64,000 nucleotides of DNA. It comes from Candidatus Uhrbacteria bacterium (GTDB lineage Bacteria; Patescibacteriota; Patescibacteriia; JACQRZ01). Where the stretch lies: contig JACQSC010000002.1 of the NCBI GenBank assembly GCA_016206155.1, positions 15,473 to 79,472 of the forward strand, written 5' to 3'. The first letter of the stretch is position 1, and every line of letters starts with the position of its first letter. This document shows, in pieces, positions 50,649 to 61,331 of the stretch. Both the position numbers and the translations under genes were made by a program. Below the pieces are notes generated by a model that saw only the letters and a program-made list of their open reading frames with translations, was not told the origin of the DNA and did no database searches.

Positions 50649-51869
50649 ATGACAGAGCACATGTACGAGAAACAAATTGCAGAGCTCGGCGATGAAATGG
50701 ATAAAAAGCTCAAAAAACTATCGGAAGCTGATAGTTTACCTTCGGAGGAATTCGTTGCGCGCGCATGCATCCTGCGCGCCGCCTTGCAAGACGTATATGC
50801 AAACGCGCGCGGCGAAACCCCAAACAGCGTGTTTGAACTTCAAGCTCTTTTGTCATCCGAAGAAGCGCGCAATGAAAAGGAGCGTGGAGAATTCCGCCAT
50901 ATAAGCGTTTTACCCGACACACTCAAGGAGGAGATTGTCATACGCGTCGCGTCATTACTGCGTAATCATCCCCCCTATGATACGATTGCCTATCCCCCCA
51001 TGATCCGTGAAGCAACGGGTCTAACCGGCAGCAAACGACAATATTCAGAGTCACTCGAGCGAGATTTAGAACAAGCTGATGTTTCCAGCCATGTTCTCGC
51101 CTTTGTATGGGGTGAACGCATACGCGCGGCTGTCAGTACAATGCTGTCAACGAAACTCTGTGAGTTGCTCAACAAGCACGTGGATCTATCGGTTGGCGGT
51201 TCACCGGAAGCGTTTTGGCGTTTGCAACTTCTCGGCGTACGTCAGGACGAAGAGTATGTGGAGTACGGTCTTCTCTTTCTTCAAAAATTTACCCAACGAA
51301 TGAACGCTCTGACACAGAGAAGCGCGGAGATGTTCTATGGTGATGAAGCGGCGCGTGCGCTTCTGCTCTGGAGGGCGCTTCTTTCAGTAAAACGGGGAAC
51401 CAAACCAATCAAAGAATTCCGTCAAGCATGCGCTTCCGCTCTTGTGTACCACCGCTATAGCGAGGCAGAGGAGGAGCTGAGTCGCGCGGTCGCCAAAACG
51501 CCACTTCTATTTACTGAAGCGCAACGAAAGACATTCCATGCAAAGCGCCTCATCCCGGCAGAACCGAAAACGCAAGAGCAGCCCCTTTCTCTGTATCAGC
51601 AACGCACACGCGAACAACTTTCGCGTATCGAAACATTTGTTGGAAAAACGTTTGTATCAAAAAAAGGTCATCTCTGGCATGTTGTCAAGGCAGGACTTGA
51701 AGTAGTTTATGGCCAGCGGGGTTTTCATCCCGGAGTAAAACTTTTGAAGTTTGGAACAAAAAAATATCCTCGCGTCAACCCAACGTACGCCCCTACAACA
51801 TATTTGTCCCCAAATGAGTTTTTGGGAAAAATGGAGCGGGAAGAATGGAATGAATGGAACCCGAAATAA
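50649..51869 (+). CDS. Hypothetical protein
   Basis: Long ORF filling the gap between ABC gene and ruvB; no motif recognised. Confidence 0.6.
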   Translation: MTEHMYEKQIAELGDEMDKKLKKLSEADSLPSEEFVARACILRAALQDVYANARGETPNSVFELQALLSSEEARNEKERGEFRHISVLPDTLKEEIVIRVASLLRNHPPYDTIAYPPMIREATGLTGSKRQYSESLERDLEQADVSSHVLAFVWGERIRAAVSTMLSTKLCELLNKHVDLSVGGSPEAFWRLQLLGVRQDEEYVEYGLLFLQKFTQRMNALTQRSAEMFYGDEAARALLLWRALLSVKRGTKPIKEFRQACASALVYHRYSEAEEELSRAVAKTPLLFTEAQRKTFHAKRLIPAEPKTQEQPLSLYQQRTREQLSRIETFVGKTFVSKKGHLWHVVKAGLEVVYGQRGFHPGVKLLKFGTKKYPRVNPTYAPTTYLSPNEFLGKMEREEWNEWNPK

Positions 51870-51899
51870 ATCCGCCACTAATGCGCATGGCCGAGATCC

Positions 51900-54452
51900 T
51901 CAGATCATTTTTTGCTGTCCGCTGTCTGGTTTTTTGATGTTCAAATGCTCATACGCACGATCGGTTGCGATACGTCCGCGGGGAGTGCGATTAAGAAATC
52001 CGATTTGCAATAAAAACGGTTCACAGACCTCTTCCACGGTTTCCATCTCCTCGGCAATGGATGCGGCGATCGTGTTTAGTCCTACGGGGCCGCCGTTAAA
52101 TTTTTCGATGATTGTGTGAAGAATTTTTCGATCAACTGCATCAAGCCCCTGCTCATCAACGCCAAGCTTGTGCAATGCCTCTGATGTTTGTGTATGACCA
52201 ATAGTGCCATCACCTTTGATCTGCGCGTAATCGCGTACGCGCTTAAGCAAGCGATTTGCAATACGCGGTGTTGAGCGGGAGCGGCGAGCAATCTCTTCTG
52301 CCGCTGACTGATCTATCGCTACGCCTAAAATTCGTGCTGAACGCTCAACGATCTGCATAATCTCTTCCGAGGTATAAAAATCAAGATGAAAAAGCGTGCC
52401 AAATCGATCGCGGAGCGGACCCGTTAGCAAACTCATGCGCGTGGTTGCACCCACAAGCGTAAACTTAGGGAGGTCAAGACGAATGGTGCGCGCGGACGGC
52501 CCTTTCCCGAGTACGATATCAAGCGCATAATCTTCCATCGCTGGATACAGCGCTTCGGAAATGCTTTTTGACAAACGGTGAATCTCATCGATAAAAAGAA
52601 TGTCACCATCAGAGAGGTTGGTCAGAATCGCCGCCAAGTCACCAACTCGCTCAAGCGCTGAGCCGGATGTCACGCGCACCTGCACCCCGCGCTCATTGGC
52701 GATGACGTGTGAAAGTGTCGTGTTGTGATTCACGAACGAGTTTGCGACGAATGAATGTGTTTTGGGTACACAAAAATCATAAACCTCTGCCTTCTGATGT
52801 TCAATGGAAGAGATACTATCCCAGTAGTATTGTGGATCCATCAGCGCCTTTAACGTTGAAAATTCTTGATTCATTTTAGCTGAATCTGGAAGAAGGGCAA
52901 GATATTTTTCTATCGTAGTGCGAGAAAAAGATCTATCTTCATTTCTTGCATGTTGGAATCTATGATGCAGATTACGAGGATGGGGACGAGTCGCGGTAAG
53001 AATTTTGTAGAGGAGCGACGAGGCGTACGGAACGACCTCTGAACGAGAAAATCCACGTTTACTGCTTTTTAATATTGAAAGTCGCTCTTGCTTCCTTCTC
53101 AGTCGAAAACCTATCGTTTTATAAAAAATTTCTGCATTTTTTCCACCCACAAACAACTGCCAATATCGTTCACCCTTTACTATTTTTTTCTCACGGTGCG
53201 CGATGATGCCAAAATTTGCAAGAAGAATTTGAGTTTGCCGTGCAAGAACGGTGGATTTTGTATAGAAATCAACATAGCCATCACACCGAGCTGAACCATC
53301 GGCGTCAAATAAACCCTGAAAAAAACCACATACAACGCGCGCGGGGCTTTTCAATATTGCTGACGGGATACTTTTTTCTGCCGCTCGTGCCGGATGTATG
53401 CCAAGGGAAATCAAAAGATGTCCAAAATTTTGACTAAATCGCATCCGCGGAGCTCTATTTTCATAAACCCCAAGACTGGGAGTCCAGCCAAATTGTTCCC
53501 TGATAATCCTGCTTATTTCTTGCTGGATGTCTTTTTCGCTTACGGTAATATCGCACGCTGGATAATTCATCTGAAATTCAAAATGACCATCGCCGATAAG
53601 AAGGCCAATCACATATGCGAGATCCTCATTGACAACATGTGGTTTTTTCCATCTTAATGCGCTTATTTCTAATGATGGGGCTTCATACAGTGTACTCTTA
53701 ATCTTTCTTCCATCACTGAGAGATAAATTCAATCTGTGGGCGGTAATGGGAATGGTAATATTTCTTCTCACTGCTCCAGCATATGCATATTCAAGCTCAT
53801 GAGCTGTTGGAGCTCGTTCAAGCGCCTGAACAAGAGCGGCACGCAACGAGACTGTGCGATGTTCTGTATGCTCTTTTCTCTGTGCGGGACTATAATACAG
53901 CGGCTCAAAGTCAATAGTTTGCGACGGTCCCCAAAGATGAGTACCCCGCATGATCGCAACATAGTCAGTTTGAGAAATTGCAGCGAGATTTTTCCACTGC
54001 GGTCCATTGGGGGTTGCGATGAGGACTGGATGATTAACCGTGCCTTCAATCTGAAATCCCGATCTGGTTGTGATCCGAATGGTTTGCCGGTATCCCCCGT
54101 AATAGATATGCGATGTATTTTCGAGACCCTCGCGACCATAAATATTTAAAGAAAGTGGTGCGTACGAATCCGAATTAAGGGGACGAAGAATAAAATCCTG
54201 AATGTGAAAGATGCCCCGATCGCTTAAGACAAGGCTATCCCCAGTAATACATTTCCCCAAGCCAGGCGCGCCGGAGAGAAGAACGTGCTCAAGCGGCTCA
54301 TTGCGCTGTTTTGATGCTTCGATAAAAATTTCGAGTGATTCTCGAATCTTTATCTGGCCGATGTATTCACGCAGAGTCCGCGGACGCAAGGTGGCATCGT
54401 CGCTCGACTCATCGGTCTTTGCTTGTTGTGCTGAAAATTCCTCGTCGCTCAT
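51900..54452 (-). CDS. ruvB: Holliday junction helicase RuvB precursor containing an intein
   Basis: LRP..L.EYIGQ, GAPGLGK|TT split by the intein, [26 protein letters not shown]. Confidence 0.96.
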   Translation of the reverse strand: MSDEEFSAQQAKTDESSDDATLRPRTLREYIGQIKIRESLEIFIEASKQRNEPLEHVLLSGAPGLGKCITGDSLVLSDRGIFHIQDFILRPLNSDSYAPLSLNIYGREGLENTSHIYYGGYRQTIRITTRSGFQIEGTVNHPVLIATPNGPQWKNLAAISQTDYVAIMRGTHLWGPSQTIDFEPLYYSPAQRKEHTEHRTVSLRAALVQALERAPTAHELEYAYAGAVRRNITIPITAHRLNLSLSDGRKIKSTLYEAPSLEISALRWKKPHVVNEDLAYVIGLLIGDGHFEFQMNYPACDITVSEKDIQQEISRIIREQFGWTPSLGVYENRAPRMRFSQNFGHLLISLGIHPARAAEKSIPSAILKSPARVVCGFFQGLFDADGSARCDGYVDFYTKSTVLARQTQILLANFGIIAHREKKIVKGERYWQLFVGGKNAEIFYKTIGFRLRRKQERLSILKSSKRGFSRSEVVPYASSLLYKILTATRPHPRNLHHRFQHARNEDRSFSRTTIEKYLALLPDSAKMNQEFSTLKALMDPQYYWDSISSIEHQKAEVYDFCVPKTHSFVANSFVNHNTTLSHVIANERGVQVRVTSGSALERVGDLAAILTNLSDGDILFIDEIHRLSKSISEALYPAMEDYALDIVLGKGPSARTIRLDLPKFTLVGATTRMSLLTGPLRDRFGTLFHLDFYTSEEIMQIVERSARILGVAIDQSAAEEIARRSRSTPRIANRLLKRVRDYAQIKGDGTIGHTQTSEALHKLGVDEQGLDAVDRKILHTIIEKFNGGPVGLNTIAASIAEEMETVEEVCEPFLLQIGFLNRTPRGRIATDRAYEHLNIKKPDSGQQKMI
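52722..54251 (-). mobile_element. Intein (510 aa) with LAGLIDADG homing endonuclease
   Basis: Starts CITGDS, block B GTVNHP, LIGDG and LFDADG motifs, ends VYDF.V..THSFVAN..NHN before Thr+1. Confidence 0.95.
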
Positions 54453-54838
54453 ACTACTGGTATATTCATCTTCTTTGCAATCTGCTTAAGTTGACGATCA
54501 AATGTAACGACGGAAAGGTTCATGCGCTGCGCGCGCATGAGAAGGGTACTATCAACAAATGAAATGCGTTGTGGAAGTGAGGCAAAAAAAGTAATTTCAT
54601 CATCGAGCCATTCACCGAGCATCGTCATGTGATCTGATTGAACAAGGTATTCCAAAAACAAATCCGCCTGCTCTTTTGAATGTTTGTATGTTAGCACTGT
54701 CGCAACCTCGCCAACTGCGCCAGAAGTAATATACAGCGTTCCGTTCAACACTTCCATCAGATGTACCGCATCCTGATGGTTGGCATCAAAATCCAAAAAC
54801 AATGCGACGAATATCGAACTGTCAACGAGATACGCCAT
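54449..54838 (-). CDS. PIN-domain (VapC) toxin
   Basis: [24 protein letters not shown]. Confidence 0.85.
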   Translation of the reverse strand: MAYLVDSSIFVALFLDFDANHQDAVHLMEVLNGTLYITSGAVGEVATVLTYKHSKEQADLFLEYLVQSDHMTMLGEWLDDEITFFASLPQRISFVDSTLLMRAQRMNLSVVTFDRQLKQIAKKMNIPVV

Positions 54839-55076
54839 AGACGATAGTGTCAACGTTCTCGCTTGTGCATTGCTTCTTTTTCTTCGTGGGAATAACAAAC
54901 TGCCTCCACTGTTGAGCGCGAGGTGTTCGCGGCAGTACGTGCTTAATAAGAATAGTCGTCTGTTCTTGTCCGATAAGTACCGGCGTTCCCTCTTTGAAGC
55001 GAAGATTGCGTGTAATCGTACGGGGCAGGCGAACCGCCAAACTATTGCCCCATTTTTGAACTTTTGTCTGTTCCAT
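54822..55076 (-). CDS. AbrB/MazE family antitoxin
   Basis: KVQKWGNSLAVRLP. Confidence 0.9.
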   Translation of the reverse strand: MEQTKVQKWGNSLAVRLPRTITRNLRFKEGTPVLIGQEQTTILIKHVLPRTPRAQQWRQFVIPTKKKKQCTSENVDTIVYGVSR

Positions 55077-55129
55077 AGATGTGTTCGATAATGTATATAC
55101 ATATAAGTATATACATATGATTCTGCTTG

Positions 55130-55573
55130 TCAAGTGAACAAATGAAATGTAAAAACAATGGCGTTCTTAGGAATAAGCTTACTGACCCGTTCGGGCCACT
55201 CAACCGCAGTAAGGGTATGCGCATCTCCAATATACTCCACGGCACCAATCGCGGCAAGCTCGGCGGATGAGGAAAGGCGATACGCATCGATGTGGCAAAG
55301 CTGAGTGATGTTGTTGATCGGTTTTGGCAACGCATAAATTTTCATCAACACAAACGTTGGGCTCGTAATCTGCTCCGCGATGCCAAGCGCTTTTGCAAGA
55401 CCTTGCACAAATGTTGTTTTGCCAGCGCCAAGATCTCCGGATAACGCAAGCACATCGCCGCCGCGCAATTCCTTAAAAATCTTTTGTGCGAGAAGATGAG
55501 TCTGGTGAGCAGAACGAGTTTTATATACCTTCTTACTGCCATTGCTTTCGATGGTAATCGTCCGTTCATTCAT
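55130..55573 (-). CDS. tsaE: tRNA t6A biosynthesis ATPase TsaE
   Basis: [27 protein letters not shown]. Confidence 0.95.
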   Translation of the reverse strand: MNERTITIESNGSKKVYKTRSAHQTHLLAQKIFKELRGGDVLALSGDLGAGKTTFVQGLAKALGIAEQITSPTFVLMKIYALPKPINNITQLCHIDAYRLSSSAELAAIGAVEYIGDAHTLTAVEWPERVSKLIPKNAIVFTFHLFT

Positions 55574-56640
55574 AGTTCCCATCCCCCTTTCACATCAAGT
55601 TTCTGCAACGGGGTAAAATCGTTTTTTTGCGCGTGAAAATATCCCGCCATGGCAATCATCGCGGCGTTGTCAGTGCAAAAGGCAAGAGCGGGAATGTGCA
55701 GTACACACTGTGGCGCTTCGCGCTCAAGATCAGTTTGCATCCGCGAGCGAAGCTCTGCATTTGCAACAACCCCTCCGCCCAACAATACACTCTTGACGCG
55801 ATACAGTTGAGCGGCCCGCGAAGTCTTTGCAACGAGTACATCAACCGCGGCTCGCTGGAATGATGCGCAAAGATCGGGGATTATTTCTTTTGAAAATATT
55901 TCTTGCGCATTTAGCTCGCGCACACAATAGAGTACCGACGTCTTCAGCCCACTGAAACTAAAATCGAAAATGCGCGTGCTATCATTTAAGAGCGCGCGCG
56001 GAAAGTCGAACCGTTGAGAATCACCGGATTCTGCATGGCGCGAAATCGCGGGACCGCCCGGATATCCCAGACCAAGTATTTTTGCCACTTTATCGAATGC
56101 CTCACCGACCGCATCGTCGAGTGTTTGGCCAACTTTTTTATACTTCCCATGATCGCGCATGAGAATAAGTTCGGTGTGCCCGCCTGATGCAATGAGTACC
56201 AATGCCGGAAACTCAATGTTTGAAATTTGAAATTTGAAATTTGAAATTCCTCCGACTGGTGGAAGCCAGTTGGAGTATAGATGTCCCTCAATATGGTTGA
56301 CGGCAACAATCGGAATATTCCAGAGAACGCTCAGCGCCCGGGCACACGCAACGCCGACAGAGACGGAGGTGACAAGTCCCGGGCCAACCGTTACCGCAAT
56401 ATAGTCAGGCCTGCCTGCCGAATGGGCAGGTTTTCTCTTTGAGTATGCTTTTGTGATGACTGCAAGTATTGAACCCACGTGATTGCGCGCGGCAACCTCG
56501 GGCACAACTCCGCCGGTTTTTGCATGGATGGATACTTGCGAAGCGCAAACATTCGATACGAGCAGAGCGCGCGCTCCACGCACCTCCAGCACAGCGGCGG
56601 CTGTTTCATCACATGACGACTCAATACCCAAAATGATCAT
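55570..56640 (-). CDS. tsaD: tRNA t6A transferase TsaD
   Basis: GIESSCDET, GGVVPEVAAR.H, NHIEGH, FSFSGLKT, TDNAAMIA. Confidence 0.96.
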   Translation of the reverse strand: MIILGIESSCDETAAAVLEVRGARALLVSNVCASQVSIHAKTGGVVPEVAARNHVGSILAVITKAYSKRKPAHSAGRPDYIAVTVGPGLVTSVSVGVACARALSVLWNIPIVAVNHIEGHLYSNWLPPVGGISNFKFQISNIEFPALVLIASGGHTELILMRDHGKYKKVGQTLDDAVGEAFDKVAKILGLGYPGGPAISRHAESGDSQRFDFPRALLNDSTRIFDFSFSGLKTSVLYCVRELNAQEIFSKEIIPDLCASFQRAAVDVLVAKTSRAAQLYRVKSVLLGGGVVANAELRSRMQTDLEREAPQCVLHIPALAFCTDNAAMIAMAGYFHAQKNDFTPLQKLDVKGGWEL

Positions 56641-56760
56641 AATCGTGTAACCTTATCATATCGTGAAAAATTTTCCACTTCCCACCCGCTCGGTTCATGA
56701 AATTTCATATTTTTGTTCATTTCTGGTAGTATTCTGTTGACATTGCGTGACGCGCCATCT

Positions 56761-58458
56761 ATGAAATCTCCGCTTGCATCACACAGTCATGAAATTATTG
56801 TTTTTCTCATTGCGATCATTTTTTTTGCCGCGATGAGTTATTTTGTCGTACTTGCGCATTCGGGAAATTTTTTAAAATTCTCATCGCCTGATGAATCGGC
56901 AAATTATTTCTTTTCGCGCCTCTATGCTGAAACCGGCAATCTCACACTCTTTGAGCCGCGCAATCTTATCGCCACGGATCTTATTCATACGCGCAGTATT
57001 CGCAGCGATTACGGCGTGCTTAAACCGGTCAGCTTTCTGGGCCTTCCCCTGCTATACGGATCGCTTGGAGCGCTGATCGGCGTATGGGTTCTGCCATACC
57101 TTACGCCGTTTCTTGCCAGCCTCGGCATTCTCTTTTTTTACTTTTTTTTGATTAAAATTTTTGACAAAACAACCGCGCTGGTCGCATCGTTCTTTCTCGC
57201 GGTCTTTCCTATCTACGGATATTATACCGCGCATGCACTGTTTCACAATGTTCCTTTTTTTGTCTTTTTCATCGCGGGGATGTCCTGCGCCGTACGAATG
57301 GCTGATACTTCGCGAATACGCGCGCTCTTCTTTTCAGGCGCTGGCGGTATTTTTTTTGGGCTTGCGCTTGCAATGAGAACATCGGAGGCGCTTTGGTTGA
57401 TTCCGACACTGCTTCTTTGTGCGATACTGTATATACGAAAGATCGGCGTTTTGCGATTAGCGCTTGGCACAACTTTTCTTGTTGCTGTTCTTTCCATGAT
57501 TGGAGCATGGAATACCGTTTTGTACGGATCGCCGCTCGCCGGAGGATATCCGGGAATGAATGAATCTATCGCGGTAATAAACGCAACTCCACAGACGCTT
57601 GCCTCGTCGTTTGTTGCGCAAAACTGGTCTGCGGTAAACGAAGCGGCGCATCGATTGAAAGAGGCGCTCTTTCCTTTGGGTCTAAATGGTGATCTCGCAT
57701 TCCGGCGCGCCTATCAGTATGGTGTTCTAATGTTTCCTTGGCTTGCTCTTTTGGCCGCTCTTGGTTTTTTGCTGCGTTTCAGATGCTGGCGTGAACATGG
57801 ATATACACTGGCTGTTTATGGTGCGAGCGTAGCGCTATTCTCAATAATTCTTATTCTCTATTACGGAAGTTGGACATTTTACGAAAATCAAAACGCCCCG
57901 ACGCTTACTGTCGGAAATTCTTATTTGCGCTATTGGCTGCCCATCTATGCCGCTCTTCTACCATTTGCGGCGTTCTGTATCTGCGCGGGCGCACAATGGG
58001 TGAGCGGAATCGTGAATGGCTGGCTGCGCGTGGCGCTGCGGACAATGATCTCTGCCGGAATCATCGGCGCCATTGCTTTCGTATCTCTCTCATTCCTGCT
58101 TAACGATCCGGGGGAAGGACTTTTGAAATTTCTCGAACGTCAGGAGCGCGCGCGTGAAGAATACTCGGCAGTTCTTCAGAAAACAGAGGAGCGTGCGATT
58201 ATCATCACGCGGTACCACGACAAATTGTTTTTTCCCGAACGCAGCGTCATTGTCGGATCGCTTGATATTCCGGATATCGTCAGCGCGTATGCGGCGCTTG
58301 CGCAAAAAATACCGCTCTATTATTACAATTTTGCCTTTTCTCCTGAGGATATCCACTACCTAAATACCCGCCGACTGGCCCGCTTCGGCCTTGAAATTGA
58401 ACCAACCGATGTTGCTGTCGATCGCTTCAGATTATACCGATTGAGGACAGCACAATAA
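56761..58458 (+). CDS. GT-C (ArnT/PMT-like) membrane glycosyltransferase
   Basis: SPDE motif after TM1, many TM helices, YLRYWLP. Confidence 0.7.
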   Translation: MKSPLASHSHEIIVFLIAIIFFAAMSYFVVLAHSGNFLKFSSPDESANYFFSRLYAETGNLTLFEPRNLIATDLIHTRSIRSDYGVLKPVSFLGLPLLYGSLGALIGVWVLPYLTPFLASLGILFFYFFLIKIFDKTTALVASFFLAVFPIYGYYTAHALFHNVPFFVFFIAGMSCAVRMADTSRIRALFFSGAGGIFFGLALAMRTSEALWLIPTLLLCAILYIRKIGVLRLALGTTFLVAVLSMIGAWNTVLYGSPLAGGYPGMNESIAVINATPQTLASSFVAQNWSAVNEAAHRLKEALFPLGLNGDLAFRRAYQYGVLMFPWLALLAALGFLLRFRCWREHGYTLAVYGASVALFSIILILYYGSWTFYENQNAPTLTVGNSYLRYWLPIYAALLPFAAFCICAGAQWVSGIVNGWLRVALRTMISAGIIGAIAFVSLSFLLNDPGEGLLKFLERQERAREEYSAVLQKTEERAIIITRYHDKLFFPERSVIVGSLDIPDIVSAYAALAQKIPLYYYNFAFSPEDIHYLNTRRLARFGLEIEPTDVAVDRFRLYRLRTAQ

Positions 58459-58475
58459 TGGATTGCCATTTCTCT

Positions 58476-58551
58476 TTCAGCGCATTTTTGTGGCGAAATT
58501 GGGCAGAAATGAGCCGGAATAAATACATAATGGTATTTTTCACCACTCTCA
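58476..58551 (-). mobile_element. Partial copy (one arm) of the 41413 MITE
   Basis: TGAGAGTGGTGAAAAATA..TTCCGGCTCATTTC..CCAAT.TCGCC.CAAAAATGCGCTGAA matches 41413-41490. Confidence 0.8.
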
Positions 58552-58594
58552 AGATGGTTGGCAATTGCGGGAGGGGTAATGTACAATACTGCGC

Positions 58595-59752
58595 ATGACA
58601 GGACTCACAAAACAGTTCTCCCTTCTCGCAACGAAATACATGCTGGTCGGAGCAACAAGCGCCATCATTGATATCGGATTGCTCGCAGTACTGGTGGAAT
58701 ATGCTCACATCCCTCTTATGCCAGCCGCCACGCTTTCTTTTTTAGTTGCGGTTGGCAATGGATTTTTACTCAATAAGCGTTGGACGTTCCGCGATAGGAG
58801 CAAGCGCCTTGCGCGCCAATATACAAAATTTTTTCTGACCGGCCTTGTTGGCCTTGCGCTGAACGTATCGCTCCTCGCGCTGTTTGTCTATGGATTCAAT
58901 CTCTGGTATCTCCTTGCAAAAATTTTTGTGACGGGCATTGTCTTCTTTTGGAATTTTACAATCAATCGCTTTTGGACATTTCGCGATTATACCATTCCGC
59001 GGCCGGAGCGCACAGCTCCACCAACCAAAGAAGTATCGGTGGTCATCCCTGCGTACAATGAAGAGCGGGAAATCAGCCCGGTTGTTATGAGCGCCGTACG
59101 CTATCTTAGAGAGCGATGGGCGAATGCGGAGATCATTGTCGTTGATGACGGAAGCACGGATACGACTGCCGAGCAATTGCGTTCGCTCATCCTGACCTAT
59201 CCGATGGTACGCGCCATTACGCATGACCAGAACCGAGGCAAGGGCGCGAGCGTGCGTGATGGCGTGCATGCGACGAGAGGAGCGCTTATTCTTTTTATGG
59301 ATGCCGACGGGTCAACACCGATTGAATCGTTTGACGCTTTTGTTCCTTACTTGGGAAAAACGGCGGATATCGTTATCGGTTCTCGATATCTGAAGGAGAG
59401 CTCGATTATCAGAAAACAACCGTGGTGTCGCGTTCTCTTGGGGCGTATTGGAAATTTGATTATACAGCTCGTGCTTCTTGAGAATATCAAAGACACTCAA
59501 TGCGGCTTTAAGGCGTTCACCCATGAATCAGCGCATGCGCTTTTTAGAAAATCTGCGATTAACCGGTGGGGCTTTGACACGGAGATTCTTACACTCGCCC
59601 AGTATATGGGTTATACGATCAAGGAAATTCCGATACAGTGGCACGACAGCGTTACGCGAAAAAGCCGGTTGCGCCCTATAAAGGATGCGCATCGCACATT
59701 GCGCGACCTCATATGTATCAAATACAACATCCTTGCAAAGCGATATCATTGA
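58595..59752 (+). CDS. GtrA domain fused to a GT2 polyprenyl-phosphate glycosyltransferase
   Basis: N-terminal GtrA (NKRWTF, NRFWTF), SVVIPAYNEE, VDDGSTD, DADG, DTQCGFK. Confidence 0.9.
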   Translation: MTGLTKQFSLLATKYMLVGATSAIIDIGLLAVLVEYAHIPLMPAATLSFLVAVGNGFLLNKRWTFRDRSKRLARQYTKFFLTGLVGLALNVSLLALFVYGFNLWYLLAKIFVTGIVFFWNFTINRFWTFRDYTIPRPERTAPPTKEVSVVIPAYNEEREISPVVMSAVRYLRERWANAEIIVVDDGSTDTTAEQLRSLILTYPMVRAITHDQNRGKGASVRDGVHATRGALILFMDADGSTPIESFDAFVPYLGKTADIVIGSRYLKESSIIRKQPWCRVLLGRIGNLIIQLVLLENIKDTQCGFKAFTHESAHALFRKSAINRWGFDTEILTLAQYMGYTIKEIPIQWHDSVTRKSRLRPIKDAHRTLRDLICIKYNILAKRYH

Positions 59753-59791
59753 CAGAGCCATATTTTTCGATATACTTTCTTTCATCATTAT

Positions 59792-59863
59792 GGCCCTATC
59801 GTCTAGTGGTTAGGACGACAGGTTTTCATCCTGTAAACCGGAGTTCGATTCTCCGTGGGGCTA
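59792..59863 (+). tRNA. tRNA-Glu(TTC)
   Basis: GGCCCTA..., ACAGG-TTTTCAT-CCTGT; G1-U72 wobble, CCA not encoded. Confidence 0.92.
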
Positions 59864-61272
59864 AATAATGTATACTTTGCGAACTCCCGACTCTCACCAA
59901 GAGTCGGGAGTTCGCTTTTGAGGGGGCAATCGGTTTTTCGGTCGGACAAAACACCAACAGAATTTTTATCGTCGGGGGCAATCGTTAAATCCTTGTGTAA
60001 CGAAAAGGAAATAATAATTTGGTCGGGGGCATACTCAATTTTTTCCAAACATTTTTTCGCAAAGAAATTTCTCTCGATGCCTTTGAGCGAGCGGAGGGTG
60101 ATGGCGAAAAATTTCAAGGTCGCGGCGATACTCTCAGCCGAAATCTGGGAAATCGAAGAGTGCTCGCCTGAGAGTTCGATTCCCTGAGGGTGCCCCGTCG
60201 AACCGTCATTATTCAAGCGAAAAACGAGATTTTCTAGATACGTCTTATCTACAGTCAGACGCTCGAGATCCTCCAGACAAAAATTTTCAAGGCGGTCGGC
60301 AGAAACTTGTTTTACCGAACACGCACCCCAATTCTGCTTTGATATCCTTGTACAACGATAGTAGTAATAGCGCCTCATTTTGCCTTCATGCCACTTGTTC
60401 GTAAAACAAGCTGTCATCGTCGAATTGCAATTTTTGCATTTAACCAGACCGCCGAACAGAAAGTTTTTGTAGAGCTTGAATTTTTTCGTCTTGGACTTGT
60501 GTATTTTTTGAGCAAGTTCAAAGAGTTCAAGAGATATGAGCGGTTCGTGGATGCCGTAGTAATACACCCCTCTATGAAATACTTTCCCGGCATAGACGCG
60601 GTTTCTAAGAATTTTGCTGACATACGTACTCGCGAAATGGTTTCCGCGCTTGTTTCGTGTGTCATTTTCTCTTAACGCCCTATGGACGGCGGCCACAGAC
60701 TGCGTTTCCAGGTATATATCAAACATTAGCTTTATGGCATCACGCTCTTTTGGATGCGGGACCAGCTTCTTGTCTTGACGAATGTATCCATACGGCGTAG
60801 CCCCGCCATTACACATTCCTTTCTTCGCGCGTTCAAGTGCCTTGTCTCGCGTGCGTTCGCTCGTGAGTTCGCGTTCAAATTGCGAGAATGTGAGCATGAT
60901 ATTCCTCAACAGTCTGCCGGCGGGAGTAGACGTATCGAATCGTTCGGTGATGGAGATAAAGTCAAGATTTGCGCGCTCAAAAAATTCTATGAGCTGGTAA
61001 AAATCCTTCGGCGAACGTGTGAGCCGATCAATCTTGTACACGAGGACAACATCGATTTTTTCTTTCTTTGCGTCAGCCAACAATTGCGTGAGGGCGGGCC
61101 GATCAACAGTTGCTCCTGAGTACCCTGCGTCGGAATAGACCTTGCACACCTGCCAATCAGATTGACTCTCAATGAATGAACGGATCTTTAGTTCTTGCGC
61201 TTCACAGGACGAAAACTCCTTCTCTGCCTGCAAATCTGTGGAGACGCGGGTATAGATTGCACAGTTTTTGAT
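59803..61272 (-). CDS. Large serine recombinase; start codon missing or atypical
   Basis: IKNCAIYTRVST in frame upstream of the TTG at 61233, D.GYSG..DRP, DRLTRS, PYGY, zinc ribbon CKNC..YYRC; C-terminus runs antisense into tRNA-Glu. Confidence 0.88.
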   Translation of the reverse strand: MKNCAIYTRVSTDLQAEKEFSSCEAQELKIRSFIESQSDWQVCKVYSDAGYSGATVDRPALTQLLADAKKEKIDVVLVYKIDRLTRSPKDFYQLIEFFERANLDFISITERFDTSTPAGRLLRNIMLTFSQFERELTSERTRDKALERAKKGMCNGGATPYGYIRQDKKLVPHPKERDAIKLMFDIYLETQSVAAVHRALRENDTRNKRGNHFASTYVSKILRNRVYAGKVFHRGVYYYGIHEPLISLELFELAQKIHKSKTKKFKLYKNFLFGGLVKCKNCNSTMTACFTNKWHEGKMRRYYYYRCTRISKQNWGACSVKQVSADRLENFCLEDLERLTVDKTYLENLVFRLNNDGSTGHPQGIELSGEHSSISQISAESIAATLKFFAITLRSLKGIERNFFAKKCLEKIEYAPDQIIISFSLHKDLTIAPDDKNSVGVLSDRKTDCPLKSELPTLGESREFAKYTLFSPTENRTPVYRMKTCRPNH

Positions 61273-61331
61273 CGCAAACTTATAAACGAAACTCCCGCCG
61301 TTAAAGCGGGAGAACGAAGACAGTAGCCGAA

